From the NCBI RefSeq assembly GCF_964204645.1, contig NC_134032.1, positions 10,838,275 to 10,902,274 of the forward strand: DNA of 64,000 nt, given 5' to 3'. A program made the translations under genes and the position numbers. Positions 52,611-64,000 of the stretch are shown piece after piece; within the stretch, counting starts at the first letter, position 1; every line of letters starts with the position of its first letter. Source of the stretch: Tubulanus polymorphus (Eukaryota; Animalia; Nemertea). The notes beneath the pieces were generated by a model. That model made no database searches. It saw only the letters and a program-made list of their open reading frames with translations, and was not told the origin of the DNA.

Positions 52611-54792
52611 ATGACTGCAATCTTCTACGGGATGCAATTGGTAGTCGCGTTCGTGTTGGCGCCGGTGGCAGCAATGGCGGAACCTCCCGTCTTGTCGGAC
52701 TCAAAACCAAGTAAAACGTGTTTATTTTTTAAAGCAATGTTAGCGTCTACATTTTTCGGTGATGGTAAAACAAACGGCACCAAACATATATGAATTTATG
52801 TACGCAAAGTTCAACAAAGCATTCAGTGTTATAAATACTTTTTGAATTATATTGTTGTTCAAAAGGGAAAAATTAATAACTTACCAGCCTATACGTGCTT
52901 TTTTCAGGCACAGTAAATATAAGTAGCCTATCCGGTGACAGCTAGAATCTATGAATATAGCGCTAATCTATTGAATTCGTCAAATCCCAGAGAAGTCATG
53001 ATTTTTCCAATTTTTAGTGTGTTTGATAAAGAACGATGTTGTTCTCGTGCTGGACCAGAGTGGAAGTTTGAAAAACGGAATAAATGGACAAGGACCAAAC
53101 AACATACCGACTGTCAGGAAAGCAACGGAAGACATCGTCAGGGGCTTGCCGCTTCCTAAAGCTAAAGGCGATTCCGCAATTTACGAGGTAACAATGAAAT
53201 GTTGAAAGCACATCGCACATGTACAGGAAAACACAGAAACAGGAGACATGAACATGTTTCCCTATGTCATCACGAGAGCCGAGAAATATGGTTTTGAGAA
53301 CATTTTGTTTCCGAGATCAAACATGTTTGTTTCCGTGTTTCTGTATTTTCCTGCGTCGTGTGCGATGGGCTTGAAGCTTATGGATGGCTTACCGGTCTAC
53401 CGGTCAACCATTGGTTTAGGATTAAAAATACGAATTAAGCGAAAGAAACTAAACAAAAAATCTCTGAGTTTAACTTAACTTGACCAATCTGAATACTTTA
53501 TGAATAATTCTGAATAAATATAAGCTTTAACTGGTAATTGATTTTAGATTTTTTTTCTAAATCATCTTTTAGGTAGAAGTGTATAGGTGGTCATATCTAT
53601 ACGGTATTTCCATATGAATAATGTACTAAATTGTTTTTTGTTCAGGTCGGGGTGTACATGTTTTCGGGAGCTGATGAACAGCTCATAGTTCAACAAATGA
53701 CCGAGTTGCAAACGACGCAAGACGTTGATAATATCGTGACTAAAATCGATAATGCAAAAATTAACCACGGCCAGACACATACAGATACAGCGCTGAAGAA
53801 TGTCCGAGAACAGGTAGATAAATATTATAGTCTCAGAAAATACCACCTGTAACCACATGCCAATCCAGCGATAAAGTACAACATCTGTTATGAGTTATGG
53901 ACTCGCAAGTAATCGAGATCCGTTGGGTCGGAGTCTCAGAATAAGTTGATTTTACGAATCTTTCCATAAACGGACCATTTCAACTCATTAAAAACTGGGA
54001 TCTAAATAAAAGTCAACTTGCTGAATATCTCGGCGATCATCACTCACTATGTTCTTCCATCGTACTTTTAAAATTGAATAAACAAATTAGTTATTGTCAC
54101 ATGATTTGGCATCGTCGCGTGCCAGGGTTTGGTTGCCTTTGCGCTATTGGTGATGCAACCAAATCCATCGTGGTAGTACTTGTCGAGAGAGATGCGTAAG
54201 AATCTTGACCATCATGTGCTGCTCCCGAATGGTGAATATGAGAACTAATTCACTTCTCACATGTCACAGTAAGAAAATCGAAAATCTTGACTATCACGTG
54301 CTGCCCCTATATAAACCATTGGCGGTGAATGCGTGAACTAATCGAGTACTCGCATGCCACTGTAAGAATATTGATCTGTGTTGAATTCTGCCCATTGAAT
54401 ATGTGTATTTTCCCTAGAAATTCCCCCAAATCATCATACAATATTTCATTCACTTTCAGATGTTGCCGAACAGTCGCCCAAATGTGAACAACACGGTCGT
54501 ATTGATCACTGACGGCGAAATTTACAAAGGGAACGAGTTCATTAATATCGCAGAAGGCTTGTTGCTCGAGCAGGCGGATAAACTACGAGGCCCCAACACC
54601 CGTATCATCGGAGTCGGGGTCGGAGCAAAACTGCCGGAATTCAGAGAGCAGTTGAAGAAAGTGGTCAGTCGTCCGGTGAGCGAAAACTACTTCGAAATAA
54701 AAGATTGGGAAAACGTCAAGAATTATATGGGGGAAGCGATCACGGCCACTTTGATATGCCCCCCGCCGTGCCGAATGAAATCATACAAATGA
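52611..54792 (+). CDS. Secreted single vWA-domain protein, copy 4 (256 aa); join(52611..52710,53018..53187,53646..53813,54460..54792)
   Basis: Mature protein same as copy 2; signal peptide has L9Q and G11V; splice sites intact; AATAAA at 54854-54859. Confidence 0.92.
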
Positions 54793-56487
54793 ATCCTTTA
54801 TCTATTCATCTATATTCAGTCGTATTCCGATGAAACGTCATATGAAATCAAACAATAAACGTAAACATTTACAAAAAAATCACTTTGTTATTGTCATCTC
54901 GTCTGGAGTTCATATCATATTCGCCCCTGAAATATTACGGCAGAACGTGGCAGTCACGGTCAAACGAAGCTCAATATTCTTACTCAACTTCAACTCAATT
55001 TAGATTAATTTCATAAGGAAGCATGTTATAGGAATATTTACTAACAGAACAAAAATGAAAATTGAGTAGGCTTTCTCATGAGGGCCAAGCAAAGGCCGCT
55101 ACAGCCCGCACCCAAGGAAAAACAAAAAGATAGAAAAGAAGAGAAGAGAGAAAGGACAATAAAAAAAGAATGAGGCCGAGTTAAGCGTGAGAGAGCCGTT
55201 TTGTTACAATATCATTGATCACTTGAGTCAAATTAACTTAGGGTCATTGCGGACAACCTTCGCGCTCGTATCGAGCTGAAATCTAAGATGATATTTTTCT
55301 TACAGAGTACTTTTTTCAAGCTAGTTACTTTTTCTCAATTTCGACAAATCAAGGTATCTTAAAGGATGAAGGAATGGGATCGATGGTATACGTTCATGAG
55401 AATTTAGTTACATAGTGAATATTCAGTAAAGATCGGCAATGTACTGTGCAGGAGAAATTTAAAAAAAAAACCGTTCAACTGCTGGAAAAGAGTAAAATTG
55501 TCATACCACAGCGGAAATTGCACCAAAATAAACAACCTAACTTTTCCCGTAATTAAGTATGTTCCTGGAAAAAATCCCATTCATATCAATGAATTATAAT
55601 CAATGAAAAGCTTTGTTATCAACTTTCACTGAAAATATTACAAAAAACACATTCGATAAAATCAGACAACATTTACCAAATCAAGAGGCCCCGCACATTA
55701 ACAACGAGATGAAATGTTATTTGCACGGTGCGAAAAAATTGCTTATCGTTTAAATGAAAATCGCAACCCCCGACCTGACTCTAATTGCAACTTCACCATA
55801 CCTACTAGAGACAAATTTGGGCGAAATAAACAAAACCCTAATGTCACGTGTTAGCATCAACGCATTCTCCCTCGATAGGGATTCGTACCTGGTGGCACCG
55901 CTTATAGGGCGAACTTCGGTTATCGGAGTTAGTCGACTATAGTCGAACTAAACGAAACCAAATGTCCGTTAGTCGGAACTATCGTCCGGATATGGTCGAA
56001 CACGGGATCGGGCATGGTCGCTGTAGTTCCGACCCATTTCCATGGCCGAAAGTGTGAAATACGTTACGACCGAACTATGGTTACCGAGCGTTCGGATATT
56101 AGTTCCGACCACTAGTCGACTAGCTACGAAAACCGAAGTTGGCCCTACTGCAGTGGCAGCCCCGATGTCATCAGGGTCCTCTTGAAATCGGAAATCAGAG
56201 TTTAGACACTGAGACAGCATTTCGAGCAAGACGGTGAAATAATTGGACAACGACAAAAAATGTGGTGTTTCATACAGATCAATCAAATGACTTGTTTAAA
56301 TCATTCACAAGCAACATGTATAGTAACGAACCACACGCAAAGTAAGGACTGAATTAGATTATGATAAAGCTACAGTTGTTCTGGATACGATATGTATTAC
56401 AAATGTTTTATGTCGTGTTCGACTAAATACGTATTTTCTCAAATGGGATCTACTTCAATCAGCGCACGATTTGACTCCAGCGTCTGC

Positions 56488-57504
56488 TCATTTCCTTCGC
56501 GGGCAACCTTTGAATGCAAGCGATCGGAATTTTTTACTAGACAAACAGTAAACAACGAAATTGACGGAGGAATCAAGTTGAACAAACAGAGAGGCCACAA
56601 AGTAGAAATTAAGATTTGGGATAAAACCTTTGAACTTGAAAAAGTGAATTAGTAACTTGTGTAAAGCCATTGGCATTTCGAGTAAAGCAAAAGTTGTTAC
56701 AACTGAAATCGCTAGTATAACAGGTTGATTATCACTGATTTTATGAGTGCTCATTTCGGAGCGTCTTTTAGACGCTATATACAGAGAAAATATTAGAATT
56801 ACATTTGCAAGAGCTATTCCAAAAAATGGTGCAAATACTCCCGATATGTGTATCACGTTAACCGTCTTTTTAATTCGGAGAGGGCGATTTACTGCTGTCC
56901 AAAGATTTCCTCTAAACGGGCAAAGAACGCTAACCATTGCAACATCTCTAGTAAAATATTGCCAGATTTGAGAAGCGACACTCAAAATAACGATCAATAA
57001 TAAACAAATGTTACACGTCGATTTAGTGCAGATAATCCTAGATTTTAATGGAAAGAACACGACAATTAATCGTTCTAAACTGATCAACATTGTCAGTAGA
57101 TTCCTAATCATTTTAGAAATTTCTTGCACCAGGTTTGTGTGGCGGAGGAGAAATGGACCGATGAAATCGGTGTGTTCTAAGTAATAGACGTTCCGGCCGT
57201 ACGTAAGCATGCCATCGGCATATCTTCCAGACTTTGCAATAGCCGTACCCAATAGAAACATATTATCCGCTATCGTTAGCAGACGTAAAATGTAATACGT
57301 GGTTATTACACTTTTAAAACGAAAGAGAACGAAATGTGTGTAAATATTAAGGAAGAATCCCGTAGTCCACACTACAGGTGAACAGTAAACGAGCACAATT
57401 ATTCTGTTGGCGATTTCCTTACTGAATGGACAATCTTTTTCAACCGTAGCATTTGTCCATGATGCATTTCCGCCGTCACTAATCGTCGGTGTTTCCAGCA
57501 ACAT
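56488..57504 (-). CDS. Intronless class A GPCR, type A (338 aa)
   Basis: Complete 7TM ORF, a few substitutions from 24439-25455. Confidence 0.93.
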   Translation of the reverse strand: MLLETPTISDGGNASWTNATVEKDCPFSKEIANRIIVLVYCSPVVWTTGFFLNIYTHFVLFRFKSVITTYYILRLLTIADNMFLLGTAIAKSGRYADGMLTYGRNVYYLEHTDFIGPFLLRHTNLVQEISKMIRNLLTMLISLERLIVVFFPLKSRIICTKSTCNICLLLIVILSVASQIWQYFTRDVAMVSVLCPFRGNLWTAVNRPLRIKKTVNVIHISGVFAPFFGIALANVILIFSLYIASKRRSEMSTHKISDNQPVILAISVVTTFALLEMPMALHKLLIHFFKFKGFIPNLNFYFVASLFVQLDSSVNFVVYCLSSKKFRSLAFKGCPRRK

Positions 57505-58207
57505 ACCGAGCGAGAAAACCTATACGTAACGAGTCCGCGTCTAATTAATTTCTATACAAATCATAAAATAATCACCGAATGGCTGCGCACACGTCTTTAA
57601 CTCTTAGAAAGCAAGGTTAATCGTACCTAATTTGCATCGCTTCCTCGACACAGCGCATTCATTCAAAGCAACTTGTTCATTCATCTTTTCAGACTTATAT
57701 CGCCGTTTATAATTTTGTTGAAGCGCGTCTGACATAAATCAAATATATACATATTTATAATCTGACATCGACCGCAGTCAAAATGTTACTGTCTATCAAC
57801 GTTGTGACATCGACAAATACCTCCAAATATCATTAGCAGATTTAAAATTCCCTTTACCCAGCCGAGCTGGAAGTGACTGGTTCGCGGCGCTCCGTAACCG
57901 CGTGTAGGCCTGCTGAGAGTTTGCGCCAAACGGGCTGACGAAAGCGATATACCGCTGGCACTAAGGTTCCTAATGAAGTATTCCCCCAGAAGGACATTTA
58001 ATGGATGCATTTCGTTTTATTACTTTATTAATTTGTATTTTGGTTTTATAAGGACTGTGTATGCTAAACCAAAAACTATGTAGAGGAAAAGCAATTCTTT
58101 TGGTTCGTGCATTCATTTCAGCTTGGAGTAATCGGTCTGATTACGTAAAGATGTCAATTGTTATATGATAGGCCATGCAAATCTTTCATATCAATCTTTT
58201 ATATTTA

Positions 58208-59254
58208 TCAGTCCGCAATTTGACTCCGGAATCTTTTAATTTTTCGTCGCGGGCAACCTTTGAATGCGAGTAACCTGAATCTCTTACTAGACAAACTGTA
58301 AACAATAAAATTGACTGAGGAATCAAGCTGAACAAACAGAGACGCTACAACGTAGAAATTAAGATTTGGGATAAAACCTCTGAACTTGAAACAGTGAATC
58401 AGTAACTTGTGCAAGGCCATTGGCATTTCGAGTAAAGCAAACGTTGTTACAACTGAAATCGCTAGTAAAACAGCTTGATTATCATTGATTTTTTGAGTGC
58501 TCATTTCGGTGCGTCTTTTAGACGCTATATACAAAGAAAATACTAGAATTATATTTGCAAGAGCTATTCCGGAAAATGTTACAAATACGCCTAATAAGTG
58601 CGTCAGGTTAATTATCTTAACAATTCGGAGAGGGCGGCGTGCCAAAGCCCAAAGATCTCCTCTAAATGGGCAAAAAACCCTAATCTTTGCGATGTCTCTA
58701 GTGAAATACTGCCAGCCTTGAGAAGTCACACTCAAAATAACTATCAATAATAAACAAATGTTACACGTCGATTTAGTGCAGATTATCCTAGATTTTAATG
58801 GAAAGAACACGACAATTAATCGTTCTAAACTGATCAACATTGTAAGCAGATTCCTTATCATTTTCGAAATTTCTTGCACCAGGTTTGTGTGGCGGGCTAG
58901 AAATGGACCAAGGAAACTGACGTTATCTAAATAATAGATTTTTTGGCCGTACGTAAGCATGCTGTGGAAATACCTTCCGGACTTTGAAACAGCGGTACCC
59001 AATAGAAACATATTATCCGCTATCGTTAGCAGACGTAAAATGTAATACGTCGTTATTACACTTTTGAAACGAAAGAGAACGAAATACGTGTAAATATTAA
59101 GTACAAATCCCGTAGTCCACACTACAGGTGAACAGTAAAGGAGCACAATTATTCTGTTGGCGATTTCTTTATTGAACGGACAATCTTTTCCAACTGTAGC
59201 GTTTAGCCATGACGCATTTCCGCCGTCACTAATCGTTGGTGTTTTCAGCAACAT
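58208..59254 (-). CDS. Intronless class A GPCR, type B (348 aa)
   Basis: Complete 7TM ORF with ERL, LLEMP and NFIVY; 10-aa longer C-tail. Confidence 0.93.
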   Translation of the reverse strand: MLLKTPTISDGGNASWLNATVGKDCPFNKEIANRIIVLLYCSPVVWTTGFVLNIYTYFVLFRFKSVITTYYILRLLTIADNMFLLGTAVSKSGRYFHSMLTYGQKIYYLDNVSFLGPFLARHTNLVQEISKMIRNLLTMLISLERLIVVFFPLKSRIICTKSTCNICLLLIVILSVTSQGWQYFTRDIAKIRVFCPFRGDLWALARRPLRIVKIINLTHLLGVFVTFSGIALANIILVFSLYIASKRRTEMSTQKINDNQAVLLAISVVTTFALLEMPMALHKLLIHCFKFRGFIPNLNFYVVASLFVQLDSSVNFIVYSLSSKRFRLLAFKGCPRRKIKRFRSQIAD

Positions 59255-61429
59255 ACCGAACGAGAGTCCGCGTCAGATATACTTTCGACGATTAATGAAA
59301 TAATCAGCGAATGGTCGCACACACGTTCTCACTAGTAGAATTCCGGAAAAAAGGTTAATCGTATCTAATTTACATCGCTTTCTCGACACAGCGCAATCGT
59401 TTGAAGCAACATTTTCATTCATCTATTCATTCGTATACCATAATCTGTATGTCTTATATAATTCAAATATAGACATATACATATTTATATTCTGACGTAG
59501 ACCGCAGTCAGAGTGTTTCTATTTATCAACGTACGACGTTTGTACTAATATCGATGAATTGTAACTTTCAGATATTAGCAGATTCAATATTCCTTTTACA
59601 GTCCTGAGCTTAAGGTTGCGCTCAGTATACTGCGTGTTAGACCTACTGAGAGCTCGCGTCAAAACATGTGTCGCAATATGTACCACTGGCACTCAGATTC
59701 AGTGAAGACTCAGAACGACGCAGAATCGTTGACATTCAAAAGCGACAAACAGGTATCGACCCAATACATGATGATGGTACTAGTGACTTCAACGATCTCA
59801 TCATAAAGTTGTATACCACTATTACTTCATAACCATACAATGCACCTACATACAAATTTGTATTGTATACAAATTTTTCTCTATTAGGCAATAGGATAGG
59901 CTCGTATGCTGGGCTGCTGCATCTTCGTGGGAAAACATATTCTAAATTTTTTCAAACAATTCATCATATTCAAAGAAAATGAATTCACGCGGCTACGTGC
60001 AGCTTTAATGACACTGTATACACATTTCGCTACAACAAGTTGGTTGCCTTTCAAATTCTGCGCCACCTGCATTCGCAATCAGAATACTAACTTTTCTTAT
60101 ATTTCAAACTAGTTCTCAACAAAGCTTTATATAATTTACTTTTTGATAGAATTTCAAGCACTAGTAAAATGGGTCTACTTTGTGTCAACGAAACAAAAAG
60201 ATATTAAACATAGCCGCAAAGCAGCGATATCGGGTTTTCTGACTTGAAATGAAAGCCGCATACCGGGGTATGAATCATTGAAACTTTCGCAACCCGGGTA
60301 AAAATACTTGAAACCCTCGCATACCGGGAAAAATCTTTGAAACCCTCGCACACCGGGATAAGAATCATTGAAACCCTCGCATACCGGGGTAAGAATCATT
60401 GAAACCTTCGCATACCGGGGTAAGAATCATTGAAACTTTCGCAAACCGGGTAAAAATCATTGAAACCCTCGCATACCGGGGTAAAAATCTTTGAAACTCT
60501 CGCATACCGGGGTAAAAATCTTTGAAACCCTCGCATATCGGGGTAAGAATCATTGAAACCCTCGCATACCAGGGTAAGAATCATTGAAAGCCTCGCATAC
60601 CAGGGTAAAAATCATTGAAACCCTCGCATACCGGGGTAAGAATCATTGAAACCCTCGCATACCAGGGTAAAAATCATTGAAACCCTCGCATACCGGGGCA
60701 AGAATCATTGAAACCCTCGCATACCGGGGTAAGAATCATTGAAACCCTCGCATACCGGGGTAAGAATAATTGAAACCCTCGCATACCGGGGTAAGAATCA
60801 TTGAAACCCTCGCATACCGGGGTAAGAATAATTGAAAGACACGCATACCGGGGTAAGAATCATTGAAACCCACGCATAGCGGGGTAAGAATCATTGAAAT
60901 GTAAGAGAATCGGGTTTATACATTTCAAGGGCCAGCTTCACAAAAACGGCTCATTTGCGAGCTGAACCGAGGGTTGGTCAACAATGCGAGCGTTTCAATC
61001 AGTTTTTAGAAGCCTGCAGTTTCATAGAATGAGTTTAGAATATTTAATCCCAGGGATCAGTTCACAGAGATGGCTTTAGGTTTGAGACCAGTCCAAGACC
61101 AGTTTCGTTCTATATACTGGTCTTAAGTTGTTAGATTGGTTATCTAACAACTTGAGACCGGTCTAAGCTCAGTTCGGACAACATCGTGCAACTGTCCCCT
61201 TGGATTCGTTTCACAAATATGATACATGAATTGTTTTTGTCAAACTGGACCCTCGGCTTAGTTTCATTTCATAAAACTTTACTCAATTCTTAATTTCTTA
61301 ATCGTGCCGAGTTGATCATTTTTTATGAAACTGAACCCTTGGTATGTGATTTATATAGGTTTATCATGTGTGACGCCGAGTCTATGAAACTGCTGGCGTC
61401 TGTAATCACAACTAAAACAACAGAGAAAA

Positions 61430-64000
61430 CATATATTTATTTCAAATAAAACCATACAACAGTTCATACAAAATCAAGTCCAAGTCCCATGATAAAGAAT
61501 CCTGTTGATGTATCAGCTATTAGATTTTTGATCGTGGGACACGTCTTGGCACATCGTACAAAATAGATCAATTTACATTATTAATCATTAAGCAAATTAA
61601 TTCAAGTTCACCCGGAACAAAACAGTTGAACCGGGTCCTGGGGTACAAACAATTACAAACTAATGCTATTACATGGAGCGCGTTAAAGTATCCAACGCCC
61701 TTGATCCATCTCAGAAAGGCCATCATTAATCCTCAATTCAATTTTCAGTGGCAATCAAAATGAGATTGAAACCCACTATATATAAATCTAATTAAAATCA
61801 AAAGACGTTTCGGAGTCTCTCTAGAGACCATCGTGAAGAAATAACTAGAACACAGGGAAAATATAGAGGAAAGAACATGTTAATTGAGAAGTAAAGAAAG
61901 TAGGTTATTTTGTGCTTATAGGTTGAGAGGTTTTGTTATTTTGTGCGTAGGTTGTTCTAGTTATTTCTTCATTCACTCCATCTATCTCTTGATTTTGAAG
62001 AAAAATGAATAAATTTCGTGCTTAATCACTTGAATTTCTATATAGTGGGTTCCAATATCATTCTTATAATCTATTACCCCCGTATGAGGCTATGGGAGCT
62101 GCTCATTCTTCTGGAAAAATGACGTTACAGCTTTGAGACGAATGAGGGGGTGACTCCATTGTTTTTATAGATATGTGGTACGCGGTCTATGAAACCATCA
62201 CAAACAGAACAACCGTAGCCTGCCCAAACCGGCCGGCTCAATAAAACAATATTCATTTGGCTTAAAACTTCAAAATAGATCTAGGGATGATAAAGCAGAT
62301 TTCTGAATAAAATGCAGCATGTCGATCTCCCTGCAGGTAGATGGCTGGTCTCTATCAGATGGCCTATTGGTACTTACTTCGTCCTGGAATAGAGAGAAAA
62401 TTGCATCAAGTGGAAATTGTTTTATGAAATATCATAAGTATAGTAGTGATGACATGACAACACAGCAACACACATAGCATTGAGGTAATGACCCGGAAGT
62501 TAGTCAGAAAGGAATTACCAGGCATCTTTTGAATGGGGTATATCTGATAAATAATAAGTTCAAGCTCAAGATGATGAGGGTTTAGTTTGAATTCAGCTAC
62601 AGGAAAATAAAAATTTTAGAATAGAAGTAAGATACGTCCTCTAGATGGTCTACATATTGGGCAGCTAGCTGAGTCCCCTGAAAATAATTAACACCTTCAT
62701 AGTTCTAACATGGACTCTGCAGGATAGAAGCGATTGAAAATTCACCTTCACTGATTGATGTAGTTCTATGGTGTTTAATTCTGGTGGAATGAATTAAAAT
62801 TCTCCACTGTTTCTAGCGCAGAAGTAATTCATTCTATGTGTTGAGCTGGATGATCAAAAAAAAAGGCTTTTTTTCAGGAAATGACTTTATACATTTACAG
62901 TCTAACAGCTGCTATAGTAAAGAGACTGGAATCTGTAGACATATTTACCTGTACTTGTTCTGAAGTGTGACTTTCTAAAAGCGATATCCATCATTTACAA
63001 ATGTTCGGGGAATTCACAATGATTACTGTTCACAGATTTGTCAAAGGTTCCAATTATTTTTCCTCTTTCAGCTTTATTCTGTAAATAGAGAATTGATTTT
63101 TGCGGAATAAAGAAACATGTCGTGTGAGTCTGCTATTCAGAAAATTACCATCTTTCATACTTGTTTTGATTACTGTAGTGTATCGTCCACAGTATTTTCC
63201 AGTAAAAAATGATTGCGGATTCAGCAGCAGCCGCATTTCCTACAAAGCTTTCGAGAGAATCACACATGAAAATAATGTACGGAATAACTAATTGTAAGGT
63301 TATTATAAAATTAGAAGAAAACTCACCATTTCAAAACTATCGGATGAATTAAGTTACCATTTTGACTATGCAGACAATTTTCGGCAGGATTTCACCTCTA
63401 AGAGCCATATTGCCATGCAGTTAAGAGCACTGATGATTTTATGAAAAAAAATGAACGTATAATTGTTGAACCGTACAGTATAACAAGTGAGCACTAGGTT
63501 GAATTGTTTAGAGAATATTACTTAGTTTCGTTTTTTAAAAGAATTATAGCTGTTTCAGCAACTTCTTCACTCATTGACGGTGAATATTCTTTTGATCTTT
63601 ACACCTGCAATTCGTGTTGGGTGCATCGCATTCTGGAAGGAGAAAATTATGCCAAAACATGATTATTAGTGTGATGAATAGAATATGCAGATTGTTTGTG
63701 TTCGATTGCAAGAAAACCCACCAGATGTTTGAGTATAGTTTTTCACAATGTGTTGAGTGTATACAGATTTCTGAGGGGGTCTGATGGTGGCTATCGACTG
63801 TCCTCTAGGAAAGCATTGATACCTGCTGACATTGACCGATCAAAAATCAACCATTTTCCTGACTTGATTCGAAAGTACATCTATTGAAAAACAGACAAAT
63901 GATAAATATAGTTAATAACTGATAAATCACCACAAATTACTGCGATAAATCAATAGAAAACCCACCGCTTCTGACTTGTATCTGATTCTAGAGCGCAAGG
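61430..64000 (-). pseudogene. 3' part of the multi-exon pseudogene, copy 3
   Basis: Colinear with ~5230-7820. Confidence 0.65.

Larger units (their letters stand above)
22297..54428. repeat. Segmental duplication unit 2 (~32.1 kb, long form including the divergent vWA gene)
   Basis: 22297-38711 matches ~1-15292; 46799-54428 matches ~14712-22296; 38712-46798 has no colinear counterpart in unit 1. Confidence 0.9.
54429..64000. repeat. Segmental duplication unit 3 (partial, runs off the window)
   Basis: Colinear with 1-~7820, plus an extra ~1.75 kb carrying the second GPCR. Confidence 0.93.

Overview
AT-rich animal (invertebrate-like) genomic DNA, with spliceosomal introns as short as ~44 bp. 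The window is a tandem segmental-duplication array with periods of ~22.3 kb (32->22328) and ~32.1 kb (22328->54460). The amplified cassette has a + strand, TATA-driven, 5-exon gene for a ~256-aa secreted single-vWA-domain protein with an intact MIDAS (three near-identical copies, one cut by the window edge, plus one divergent paralog). This gene lies tail-to-tail with intronless - strand class A GPCR genes of two types, A and B (FMRFamide/sex-peptide-receptor-like, chemoreceptor-like). The GPCR content differs per unit: an intact A+B pair, A plus a deletion-truncated B, or a single B/A chimera. The apparently empty DNA hides a ~9-kb multi-exon pseudogene on the - strand that the ORF track misses, and probably a second relic gene. 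It also holds MITEs, long-TIR elements, tRNA-derived SINE heads, a Penelope-like palindrome and several minisatellites. Unequal crossover, deletion and gene conversion are readable in the sequence. No prokaryotic features or CRISPR array. Functional statements are inference.
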